The notes beneath the pieces were generated by a model. That model saw only the letters and a program-made list of their open reading frames with translations, did no database searches and was not told the origin of the DNA. DNA of 64,000 nucleotides from NCBI GenBank assembly GCA_963829055.1, contig CAWHHI010000005.1, positions 1 through 64,000 of the forward strand. The letters run 5' to 3'. Made by a program: the position numbers and the translations under genes. This stretch comes from an uncultured Gemmatimonadaceae bacterium (GTDB lineage Bacteria; Gemmatimonadota; Gemmatimonadetes; Gemmatimonadales; Gemmatimonadaceae). Below, piece by piece: positions 45,346-54,721 of the stretch (position 1 is the stretch's first letter; each line of letters starts with the position of its first letter).

Positions 45346-46200
45346 ATGACGTATAGAAACCTGACCACCGCGGGCATGGCGCTGGCCATCGCCTTGATCC
45401 AGACCCCGGCGGCTGCACAGACCGCCGACCGCCCGAATCTGCACGTGAGCTCGGGGCGAGACGCCAACCCTCCAGTCCTTCACGTCAATCCGAGGTGGAA
45501 GGAGTGCTCGTTCCAGCTCAACTCCGCCCTGACCCAGACCGCCTGGCGCGAATTCGCACGGGAAGCCGGCCTCGTCGCGTACTTCCGCCCGCTGTCCGAC
45601 GCGCGGCCGATGGGGAAGCGGCGTTTCGAGCTATCCGTGCTCCAGTCGGAGACCGGCATCGACGACCACGACGCCGCGTGGAACGACACCTTCGTCCATC
45701 CCGATTCCGCGCACTGGCTGTTCGAAGGTGAGGGGCTGAAATTCCCGGGCCTCATGGCCCGAGCCGGTGTCGGCGAGAACACGGACGTGGGGATGTACTT
45801 CACCAAGAGCCCCGGCGCGAACTACGGGTTCTTCGGCGCGCAGGTCCAGCGCGCCCTCATCAACAACCCTGCCAGCGCCTGGGCGGCGGCGGCACGCGTG
45901 AGCTTCGTCTCGATGTACGGACCCGACGACCTCGAACCTGCGCGTGTACGGCGCGGACCTGCTGACGAGCCGGAGGTTCGCTCTCACCCGGTGGGCATCC
46001 GTCTCGCCCTACGTCGGAGCCTCGACGTACCTGTCGACGGCCCACGAGAAGACCGCAGTGGTGGATCTCGCGACGAGCGCGTGCTCGGCGCGCAGGCAAT
46101 GGTTGGCGCTGCGCTCCAGGTGTCGAAGGCACGGCTCGGCGTGGAGTACAACGTCTCGAAGGTGAACTCGTTGTCGATCAAAGTGGGCATCGGGAGCTGA
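45346..46200 (+). CDS. Hypothetical secreted/outer-membrane protein (two compensating indels at about 45940 and 46070)
   Basis: Signal peptide MTYRNL..AAA; alternating beta-strands; C-terminal SLSIKVGIGS. Confidence 0.65.
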   Translation: MTYRNLTTAGMALAIALIQTPAAAQTADRPNLHVSSGRDANPPVLHVNPRWKECSFQLNSALTQTAWREFAREAGLVAYFRPLSDARPMGKRRFELSVLQSETGIDDHDAAWNDTFVHPDSAHWLFEGEGLKFPGLMARAGVGENTDVGMYFTKSPGANYGFFGAQVQRALINNPASAWAAAARVSFVSMYGPDDLEPARVRRGPADEPEVRSHPVGIRLALRRSLDVPVDGPREDRSGGSRDERVLGAQAMVGAALQVSKARLGVEYNVSKVNSLSIKVGIGS

Positions 46201-46410
46201 CGAGCATCTTGTCGGCGGCGGCTTCCTTCGCAAGCTGGAATCCGCACGTGACATGCGAGCATGCGACGGAAGCGATGACGATGTCGCGCTAGCAGCCATG
46301 GTCGTACGGCGGCGCCGAACGACGTTCGAGGCGCCGCCGTACTTCCTCGAAGATGTGCTGAAGGCAAACCGCCGGCAGCACGACACCCGCGCTTGGCCGG
46401 AACGCTGACC

Positions 46411-48057
46411 TCAGGGTTCGAAACTCCGCCAGCGCTCGTGCACGATCCCCAGTAGCTGCTGGAATCGCGGTTGGCTCCGCACGGGCTCGAAGCACGGATC
46501 GTATCGAGCCATGAAGGGATGATTGATGTAGCCTCGATCCACTGCCACCTCGAGCCAGTGGATCGCGCGCTCCGGTACGCCCGCCATCGCGTACCCGTCC
46601 GCCAGAAATCGCGCAAAGACGTCGCTCGTGGTTGCGATGGCCTCGATCTCCGGTGTCACGCACGCCAACGCGTCCTGCTGGCGGCGACCGAGGGCATGCG
46701 CAAGGAACTGTGCGACGCGTGCCGGCACAGACTCGCGCTCCGCGAATGAAAACCCATCGAGCACCGTGGCGACGTCGTCGTGACGTCCGTTCAGAGCGAG
46801 GATCCACATATAGAACAGACGCCCCATGGGATTGCCCGGATCCATCGCGAACATCTGTCGGTAGGGTTCGACGGCCGAACGGAGATTCCCCTCCGACGCA
46901 TCGGCAAACCCGGGCAGGCAGCGGGTCAGCGGTGTGAGAGGATCCAGCGTTTGAAGGCGGCCGATCAACGGGCGAGCAGCCGGCACTTGCCCAGAGATGA
47001 GGTAGCAGTTGCACAACAGGAGCAGTGTATCCGCGTCGTTCGGGTCGAGATCCAACGCAGCCTTCAAGTTTCGAACGGCGTCCTGTATCTGGCCGCGCGC
47101 GTACTGAATCCAGCCGTGCAATCGAAATCCTGACGCGGATCCCGGTTCGAGCGCGACGACCTTCTGCGCGCACCGTTCCGCCTCGGCGAGCGGGCGCTCG
47201 CCCAGGTCGATGCCGGCTTCCCGATATTGCAGATGCGCGTGGCCGAGGGCGGCGTAGAGTCTGGCGTTGTCGCCGACCATCGCCAGCCCGTTGTGAAGGA
47301 GATGGATGGCGTGATCGATGGCATTGGCGCGCCAGCGCCACGCGTCGTAACGAGCGCGCAGATAGCACTCGTACGCGTGCAGATCGCGGATGGGGCGCTC
47401 GGAGAGCCGCTGCTGTTCGTCAGCCGTCAGCCGGAGCTCGAGGGCCGCGACGATGACGCGGGCGAGCCGCTGCTGGATCGCGAAAACATCGTCGAGCGTC
47501 CCATCGTAGCTCTCGGCCCACAGGTGCTCGTCGCGAGTGGCGTCGATGAGCTGAGCGCTGATTCGCAGCTGTGTTCCCGCGCGCCGCGCGCTCCCTTGCA
47601 GGAGGTACCTGACGCCAAGCTCACGGGCGATGGTCTTCAGCTCCTTCTTCGTGTCCTTGAAGGCCATCGACGACATGCGTGAGATGACGCGCAGGCGCCG
47701 AACCTTCGACAGATCGGCAATCACCTCCTCCGTGAGACCGTCGGCGAAGTACGCGTTGTCCGGATCGGTGCTGAGGTTGGTGAAAGGCAGCACCGCGATC
47801 GACTTCACCGCGCTCGACACCGCGGCGCTGCGGCGAGCTTCTATTGACGCTGGCGCGGGGAGACGGGTTGGACGGTTCTCCCGCCAGGCGTCGATCTCGG
47901 ACCTGTACGCGTAGACGCTGCCGAGCGTGCGATGCACGTGACGGTGCACGGGCAGACCCTCGTCGGTTTCCCAACGGCGCACCGTCCGCACGCCTCGATT
48001 GAGATAGGCGGCAATCTCCTTCCACGACTCGAGACGGTCTCCGACGGCTTCTGGCAC
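46411..48057 (-). CDS. HTH (LESWKEIAAYL-type) + TolB-like + TPR regulator
   Basis: RLESWKEIAAYLNRGVRTVRRWE..GLPVHR; SIAVLPFTN..AYFADGLTEE; TPRs; DPCFEPVRSQPRF; no TM. Confidence 0.88.
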   Translation of the reverse strand: MPEAVGDRLESWKEIAAYLNRGVRTVRRWETDEGLPVHRHVHRTLGSVYAYRSEIDAWRENRPTRLPAPASIEARRSAAVSSAVKSIAVLPFTNLSTDPDNAYFADGLTEEVIADLSKVRRLRVISRMSSMAFKDTKKELKTIARELGVRYLLQGSARRAGTQLRISAQLIDATRDEHLWAESYDGTLDDVFAIQQRLARVIVAALELRLTADEQQRLSERPIRDLHAYECYLRARYDAWRWRANAIDHAIHLLHNGLAMVGDNARLYAALGHAHLQYREAGIDLGERPLAEAERCAQKVVALEPGSASGFRLHGWIQYARGQIQDAVRNLKAALDLDPNDADTLLLLCNCYLISGQVPAARPLIGRLQTLDPLTPLTRCLPGFADASEGNLRSAVEPYRQMFAMDPGNPMGRLFYMWILALNGRHDDVATVLDGFSFAERESVPARVAQFLAHALGRRQQDALACVTPEIEAIATTSDVFARFLADGYAMAGVPERAIHWLEVAVDRGYINHPFMARYDPCFEPVRSQPRFQQLLGIVHERWRSFEP

Positions 48058-48186
48058 TGATCGATTCCTCGCGACGTGGCCAACGTGGGCCACAGCAGGC
48101 CGTTGGAGTGGAATGCCCCATCATGACGCTTGCTCGGTCTTTCAGGCGCCGCGTAGCGTGCGGTCCATCTTGGACGGAGCTTCACC

Positions 48187-48714
48187 ATGCGTCAATTCCT
48201 GGCAGCACCGGCGTTTGTCGCCGCGCTCTCCTTCGCGGGCGCGATGGCCCCCAACGCGCGCAGTCAACAGACCCAGCAATCTGTGACGCGGTCGGTCTCG
48301 GGGAAGGCGATACACCACTTCACGACGGCGATCATTCACTCCGCGACGGCGACGCCGACTGGAAAGACCCAGCGCAGCACCGACATCATCGAGCTCAGTG
48401 GCGATCTCACGGGACGTGTTCTGTACCACCCCATCACGGTCATCGACACTGTGAAGGGCACGCTGGTGAATACCGGAAACGAGGTTTTCTCCGGAACGGT
48501 CCTCGGATCGGAGCCCGTCCTGCTGCACGATGACCGGTTCCGTTTCGAGGTCGATCTGAAGACCGGAGGGATGGAGTCCGGCGAGGTTCACCTGTCCAAC
48601 GTGCTCGCCGGCCCGAAGATCCGCTGCGATCTCGTCGTGGTCGGAGCCGGCGCGAAGACGGCCGAGGGCAACGGTATCGTCGATTACCGCGGCACGTGCA
48701 CGTTCACGAAGTGA
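48187..48714 (+). CDS. Small secreted beta-rich hypothetical protein
   Basis: RBS GGAG; signal peptide; two Cys near C-terminus. Confidence 0.7.
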   Translation: MRQFLAAPAFVAALSFAGAMAPNARSQQTQQSVTRSVSGKAIHHFTTAIIHSATATPTGKTQRSTDIIELSGDLTGRVLYHPITVIDTVKGTLVNTGNEVFSGTVLGSEPVLLHDDRFRFEVDLKTGGMESGEVHLSNVLAGPKIRCDLVVVGAGAKTAEGNGIVDYRGTCTFTK

Positions 48715-49254
48715 GAAAGCACCTCTCACGTGTCACGAGAGCGCCGACCTTCGAGGAGCGGATGGATGGTCGGCCGTCGGCTTGTTAGGCGGTCGTTTTG
48801 GCGATCGTTTGGCTCCGGAGGCCTAACGCGGTCGCATTCGTCGCTCGATCGGTCGCTGCGGGTGCAAGTGACGGAACGGTTCGAGTGTGGGCGATTGCCT
48901 GGGGCCTGCTGATCGAACATCTGCGAACGGCAACGACGGTTTGCCTGGAGCCTGGGCAGCGTGAGCAGCTCCTCGGCGAATCCCCGGCCGAGGCGAGAGC
49001 GCGGTTCGCCGAGTGCGAGCGACGTAACGGGCGGAGTTGATGAGGCCGCGTAGCACCGCGCTGACGACCTGCGTGTCCGCCGTGGCGTCCGCAAGACGCA
49101 GTACATAGGAGCGGGATCGCGAATTCAAATGCGACCGGGTAGAAGCGGGGACAATCCCGTCCGAGCGGCGACCTGCTCGGCGGGCCGCACCGGCGGATGA
49201 GAAGGTGAACCCGCCTCACAATTTTGGTCTGGTGCGGCGCGCACACGACGCATA

Positions 49255-50383
49255 GTGTGCCGTCCCCCACGCCGTCCACCCATCGCCCCGCCTGTCGTGC
49301 CCCGTAGCCCGCTGCTCACGCGCGTCGTCGCCGCCTGCCATACCGCCGCCCACGCCGCCCGAACCGGCGCCTCCCCGAGCGATCTGCTCGCGGCCGATGC
49401 GACTGGGCCTAACGATCACAACGCCATCACGCGCCACTTCGTCGGCGCGGCGGCGGCTGGAGCAGTCGGCGCGCTTGCCGCGTGTGCCGGGCCCGAGCGT
49501 ACCCTGCTCCCGATTGCCGGCGACCCTAACGCGACAAAGACCTCGGCGCCTGATCGGGTCGTCGTCGTTGGGGCGGGACTCGCGGGGCTCACGTGCGCCT
49601 ACCGTCTCCTGCAGCGCGGCGTCGACGTCACGGTCTACGAGGGCAACACCCGCGTGGGTGGACGGTGCTGGACCAACCGCACCGCGTTCGACGGCGGACA
49701 GCTCGCCGAGCACGGGGGCGAGTTGATCGACCAGTCGCACACCACAATCCGTCAGCTCGCCCAGGAGCTCGGCCTGCCCCTCGACAACGTCCTGGCGGCC
49801 GAGCCTAACGGGACGGAGCCGTTCTTCTGGTTTGATGGTGGCCGGTACCCGGTCGCCGACGCAGTCCGCGACCTCAAGGCCGTCTGACAACCGCTCAAGC
49901 GCGACTACCAGGCGGCGGGGTTCCCGACGCTCTATACGTCGTCGACGGCGGAGGGCCGCGCCCTGGACGCAATGTCCATCGCTGACTGGATTTCCACGCG
50001 CGTTCCCGGGGACGCGCGGCATCCTCGTCGACTACACCGGCGCGGGCGTGACGATGACCCAGAGTGGCCGCTTGCCGGCAGCACTCGCGCCCGAGTTTCT
50101 CGCGCGCGCGGAGCCGGTGTTCCCGGGGCTCACCGCGCGGTGGAACGGCAAGGCGACGTTCGACGACTGGCCGCGGAACCCGTGGACGCTCGGCTCCTAC
50201 TCCTACTTCCGGGTCGGTCAGTATCAGCGCTTCGCCGGGGCGGAGGGCGAGCCGGTGGGGACCTGCCATTTCGCCGGCGAGCACACGTCGATCGACGCGC
50301 AGGGCTACCTGGAAGGGGCCGTGGAAAGCGGGGCACGGGCGGCGCGGGAGGTGCTCGCGCGCGTGGGGCTCGTTCCGCGTTAG
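49255..50383 (+). pseudogene. Flavin monoamine oxidase family, premature stop and internal deletion
   Basis: VVVVGAGLAGL..EGNTRVGGR..EHGGELID; TGA at 49885-49887 where Trp fits; jumps at about 50010 to C-terminal WPRNPWTLGSY..HFAGEHT..GYLEGAVESG. Confidence 0.85.
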
Positions 50384-50508
50384 GTGCGCGGGCGGCACAT
50401 ACCTCTCCTCCGCCGGCGGACTATGTCGAGCCGCCGGCAAGTCGCTGGATACGCTGGAGAGGCCGTCGTCGCATCACAGGCGCGATCCGTCACGCGATGC
50501 GTCGACGA

Positions 50509-52005
50509 TTACATCAGGCTCCGCATCGACAGCACGACGAACGTCGAATAGAAGAGCGCCATCACGACGAGCATGACTCGGCGCCAGAGTGGCGGTCGAA
50601 TCTCCCGTGGAAGGAGTCGCGTGTTGACGTAGAGCAGGTGCAACGACGAGATGACGAAGACGACGCCAGCGATGTTCGCCGCCACCTGCAGCAGCACGAT
50701 CGGCTGCGCGAGGCGAAGCGCGATCACGCCCCACACGGCAACGGCCGCCAACACGGCGTAGTACACGGCGCGCACATCGCCATTGCGCCACGCGCGGACG
50801 CGGCGGCTCCCCGTCCACAACATGTCGGTCATCGCGCGGACCATCCCTTCCATTGTATCGAGCTGCGTCTTGAACAGAATCCACGCACCAAGGAACGCGA
50901 TCGCCCCTGCGAGGATCGGCCCTGATCGCTCACCGATGGCTGACGCCAGCGCCGCACTGATGCCCAGCCCGCGAAGGTCCGTGCCGCTCGGCAGCAGTGA
51001 CGTGTAGAGAATTGCGGGCAGCAGCATACCGAGAATCGCGCCGGTGAAGAACACCCCCCACTGATCGGCGCGCACGACGCGCCACCACCCTTTCCATCGC
51101 GCGCGCCCGTCCGCATCCGGCGTGAACATGAAGCCGTTGTGCGCGAGGCGCACCTTCTCGCCGCCGACGGCGGAGGCGATGTAGCCAACGCGTGCACCCA
51201 TCCCGTAGCCCTTGTCGCGCGCCCAGTTCGAGAGCGTGATGTTGCCGACGCCTCCGGCGCCCGAATACGCGACAAGGGCCGCGAGCAGAAAGAAATCCGC
51301 TCCCTCGGGCATGAACCGGAACGTGGCGTTAGGCGCATCGTAGCCGACGAGGCCCGCCACCCCCGATATCCAATGACCCGCGCCGCCGAACATCAGCGCG
51401 AGCACGAGAAAGGCGCTCAGGATGCACCCGACCAACACCCAGTTGAGCAGCTCGAGCGTGTGCTCGATCCGCCGTCCGACCAACAGGATGGCAACGCACA
51501 ACAGAAACGTCCCGACGCCGATGAGGTAGACGGCACCCGCGTCGTTAGGCCCGGCCAGGCGCCTGGCGATCAGAAAGAAGATGGCCCCCGCTGCGTTCGC
51601 CGCGAACGCCGGCCATCCCATCTGGAGCACGTGCAGCGTGGCATAAAACCATCCCCACGCCGTCGACGACGGCCGCGTGCGCATGAACCCCGTGTAGATG
51701 GGTTCACCCGTGGCGATCGTGTAGCGCATGAGCTCCGTGTTGAACACGGTCTGCAGAAACACGGCGACGGCCGTCACCCACAGCAGCGACAGTCCGTGGC
51801 GCACGAACACCGCTGGGCCAAGGAGAAACTCGCCGCTCCCGATCGATGCGCCAAGCACGATGACCCCTGGCCCGACGACCGCCAGCCAGCCGAGCCCCTT
51901 GGGTGACGGCGGCACCGGCAACTCCGCGCGCGTCCACGGGGCGAGTCCCGAACGCGCCTCCTGAGCCACCGCCACTACTCTACCAACGGTCATCGGCTCA
52001 GCCAT
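50509..52005 (-). CDS. Nramp-like (YcsG-type) membrane transporter
   Basis: GPGVIVLGASIGSGE; about 11 TM helices. Confidence 0.75.
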   Translation of the reverse strand: MAEPMTVGRVVAVAQEARSGLAPWTRAELPVPPSPKGLGWLAVVGPGVIVLGASIGSGEFLLGPAVFVRHGLSLLWVTAVAVFLQTVFNTELMRYTIATGEPIYTGFMRTRPSSTAWGWFYATLHVLQMGWPAFAANAAGAIFFLIARRLAGPNDAGAVYLIGVGTFLLCVAILLVGRRIEHTLELLNWVLVGCILSAFLVLALMFGGAGHWISGVAGLVGYDAPNATFRFMPEGADFFLLAALVAYSGAGGVGNITLSNWARDKGYGMGARVGYIASAVGGEKVRLAHNGFMFTPDADGRARWKGWWRVVRADQWGVFFTGAILGMLLPAILYTSLLPSGTDLRGLGISAALASAIGERSGPILAGAIAFLGAWILFKTQLDTMEGMVRAMTDMLWTGSRRVRAWRNGDVRAVYYAVLAAVAVWGVIALRLAQPIVLLQVAANIAGVVFVISSLHLLYVNTRLLPREIRPPLWRRVMLVVMALFYSTFVVLSMRSLM

Positions 52006-52300
52006 CAGCGAGCCTCCAGATCCAGGGACGTTGACACGCTGGTCGGCGACGGACTGCCCGCGGCGACCGGGGCTTCAGGGCTGCGGGCCAGAATGTCGCA
52101 GCGCGGGCTCGTGAAAAGAAGGTCGGACGTGCGGTATCCCCACGGGTGGTGCATCGGCGCGCGTCGCGGCGACGGCCTGGTCTTCGCGTCCGGGCGATGA
52201 ACCGCGCCGCGTTGTCGCGGGCTCGTTCCGCGTTAGGCGCGCGGGCCGCCTAGTCCATCGCACGAGGCTTGGCGTCCCTTTTCTCGACGCGTCAGCCTAA

Positions 52301-52576
52301 TTAGACGAGGAACGACCACGGCGTTCCATCGAGCCGGACTCGGAACTGCGGGTTGACGCTGAAGCCACCGCGACGGATCGCCATGTCGAGGGTGGCGGCT
52401 GGCTTGCCAAGCGTGGACGTGGGGATGGTGGAGATTCCCTTGTTGGCCACGCTGATCGCCCAGGTGACCTCGGTGCGAGAGCCCGCGCTGTCGACGGATT
52501 GCGAGAACGCCGGATGCGCGAGGCTCGATGCGGCGTGCACCGACAGTGCGAGCGTGATGATGCCGCGCGTCTTCAT
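52301..52576 (-). pseudogene. Truncated secreted hypothetical protein
   Basis: Signal peptide MKTRGIITL.. then NKGISTIPTSTLGKPAA..PQFR..PWSFLV* ends abruptly. Confidence 0.4.
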
Positions 52577-52596
52577 CGTGACCCCTCCCCTTCGCG

Positions 52597-53154
52597 TCAA
52601 TCCCGGGGAAATCGCGCAACCCACGCGGCGAACGCGTTCATGTACCGCTCGAGGAACGCGCGCGTGCCGTCTACAACGAGCCGTCCGTCGTCGAATAGCT
52701 TGTCGACGCCGCTGACGTACGCCTCGGGCTGCTGCATCGTCGGGACGTTCAGGAACGTGAGTGACTGGCGCAGGTGGTGGTTCGCGCCGAAGCCGCCGGC
52801 CTGTCCCGCAGTCGCCGTCACCACACCGCCCGCCTTGCCGTTCCACACGCTCCGTCCGGACGGACGCGAGCCGACGTCGAGCGCGTTCTTCAGCGCCGCG
52901 GGCACCGAGCGGTTGTATTCCGGCGTCACGAACAGCAGGGCGTCCGCCACGGCGATGCGCGTACGGAACTCGGACCACGCGGCCGGCGGCGTGTCCTCGT
53001 CGTCCGTGTTGTAGAGCGGAAGCTGGCCGATCTCCACGATGCTGAGTGAGAGCGCCGGGGGTGCGAGCTCCGCGAGCACGTGCGCGAGCTTTCGGTTCAG
53101 CGAGTCCCGTCGGAGGCTGCCGACGAGAACGGCGACGTCGTATGTGTAGTTCAT
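52597..53154 (-). CDS. NAD(P)H-dependent FMN reductase (ChrR/YieF-like)
   Basis: LVGSLRRDSLN, TPEYNRSVPAALKNALD..SRP, GGFGANHHLRQ, QQPEAY. Confidence 0.93.
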   Translation of the reverse strand: MNYTYDVAVLVGSLRRDSLNRKLAHVLAELAPPALSLSIVEIGQLPLYNTDDEDTPPAAWSEFRTRIAVADALLFVTPEYNRSVPAALKNALDVGSRPSGRSVWNGKAGGVVTATAGQAGGFGANHHLRQSLTFLNVPTMQQPEAYVSGVDKLFDDGRLVVDGTRAFLERYMNAFAAWVARFPRD

Positions 53155-53332
53155 GGGATCCTCCCACGGATGAATTCGAAAAGGGTTGGTTCAGCGGAGC
53201 GTGAAGGCGGCGCAGTCGGGATCGAACGAGCGCCTGGTCGCTATGCTAGACGCGCCTTCGATACACGTCCAAGTCTTTCTTCCGATCGACTGAGACGTCA
53301 GACTTATCACTCCACGGTCACCGAGCGTCCCT

Positions 53333-54223
53333 TTGGAGCTCCGCCATCTCCGCTACTTCGTAGCCGTCGCCGAGGAGCTGCACTTCGGGCGCGCGGCGGC
53401 GCGACTGAACGTTGCGCAGCCCGCGCTGAGCCAGCAGATCAAGCAGCTCGAGCGGGAGCTCGGCGCCCTCCTGCTCGCGCGGACAAAGCGGCGCGTGGCG
53501 CTCACCGAGCCGGGGCGTCTTTTCCTGACCGAGGCGCGGCGCACGCTCGCCCAGGCGGCGCTCGCCGTCGAGGTGGCGCGCGGCGCCGAGGCAGGCGAGG
53601 TCGGACGCCTGCGTATCGGCTACGTGGATGCGGCGCTCTGGAGCCCGCTGCCAGAAGTCATCCGCGCCTTCCGCGAGCGCTTTCCGCGCGTGGCCCTGAC
53701 GATGCTCGAGCGGATGCCGACCGAGCAGCCCGCGGACATCCGTCGCGGTGACATCGATCTCGCGATCGGTCCGCCGCCGCCGGCGGGAGCGCCGGTGGAG
53801 GTCACGCCGTTCACCGAGGAGACGGGAATGGTTGCGCTTCCGGCGGCGCACCCGCTCGCGGGCCGCGAGGCGATCGCGATCGGCGACCTGGCCGACGCCC
53901 CGTGGCTGCTCGTCCCAGCGCGCGTCCCGAGTCGGCTGCGCGACCTCACGCTCCGCGCGGCCGCGGCGGCGGGGTTCACGCCGCGCGTGGCGCAGGAGGC
54001 GCGCGAGCTCGACACGCTCATCGCACTCGTGAGCGCGGGGCTCGGCGTCACCCTCGTGCCCGCGAGCGCCGCACGGTTTCCACGGCCTGGAGTCGTGTTC
54101 CGCCCGCTCGCCGGCAAGGCGCTCTCGTTCCGTCTCGTGGCGCTCCAGCGACGGGGGCTCGTGCCGCCCGCGGTACGGTCGTTCCTGGACGTGCTGCGCG
54201 AGGTCGGTCGCGGCGGCGCCTAA
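53333..54223 (+). CDS. LysR family regulator
   Basis: ELRHLRYFVAVAEELHFGRAAARLNVAQPALSQQIKQLE. Confidence 0.95.
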   Translation: MELRHLRYFVAVAEELHFGRAAARLNVAQPALSQQIKQLERELGALLLARTKRRVALTEPGRLFLTEARRTLAQAALAVEVARGAEAGEVGRLRIGYVDAALWSPLPEVIRAFRERFPRVALTMLERMPTEQPADIRRGDIDLAIGPPPPAGAPVEVTPFTEETGMVALPAAHPLAGREAIAIGDLADAPWLLVPARVPSRLRDLTLRAAAAAGFTPRVAQEARELDTLIALVSAGLGVTLVPASAARFPRPGVVFRPLAGKALSFRLVALQRRGLVPPAVRSFLDVLREVGRGGA

Positions 54224-54612
54224 CGCCGACCCGTGCGGAAAGTTCGCGTCCTCGTCGCGAGTGGCAATTCGAAACGGGCGCTTGCGGGCAAGAACGCGCG
54301 CACGCTCGCGCGGGACTTGTTAGGCATGATGCAGGAGACGCGGAGCCGCGCGCGGTCTACGTGTCCCTGCGTGATGAGGATGTAGTCGGCACGCCGCACG
54401 TGCGCATCGATCATCGCCGTGTCGTGCCAGGAGCGTCGCGTGTCCCGTTCGCAGTCCGACATGTCGCGCCAGAGCGGCCAGGCGTTCGATGGTCATCATA
54501 TCGTGGTGCCTAACGCGCTGTCTTCAAGGGCTCGGCCTCGAACGTGGCGGGCGGTTCTTTCGGCAACAACCGCGTCAATCAGTTCGACCGGTTGCCGCGA
54601 AGCCGGGAAACT

Positions 54613-54721
54613 CTAGTCCATCGCGCGCGGCTTCCCGTCCCCACGGGCGAGCGAGGTCGCGGCGCTCGTTGCCGGGCGGGTTGCGCGTGTCGATCCTGAG
54701 CAGCGCCTGGAAGTGCTCGAG
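54613..54721 (-). repeat. Internally deleted copy of the M20 peptidase gene
   Basis: 54613-54658 = 59294-59339 (1 mismatch); 54658-54721 = 60562-60625. Confidence 0.9.

Noticed and set aside
48078..48101. GGCC x3 at 10-bp spacing upstream of the HTH-TPR regulator
   Set aside because: A 4-mer in ~70% GC DNA is too weak to support on its own.
49885..49887. TGA recoding (Trp or Sec) in the amine oxidase
   Set aside because: The gene also has a large internal deletion, and TGA is a normal stop elsewhere in the window.
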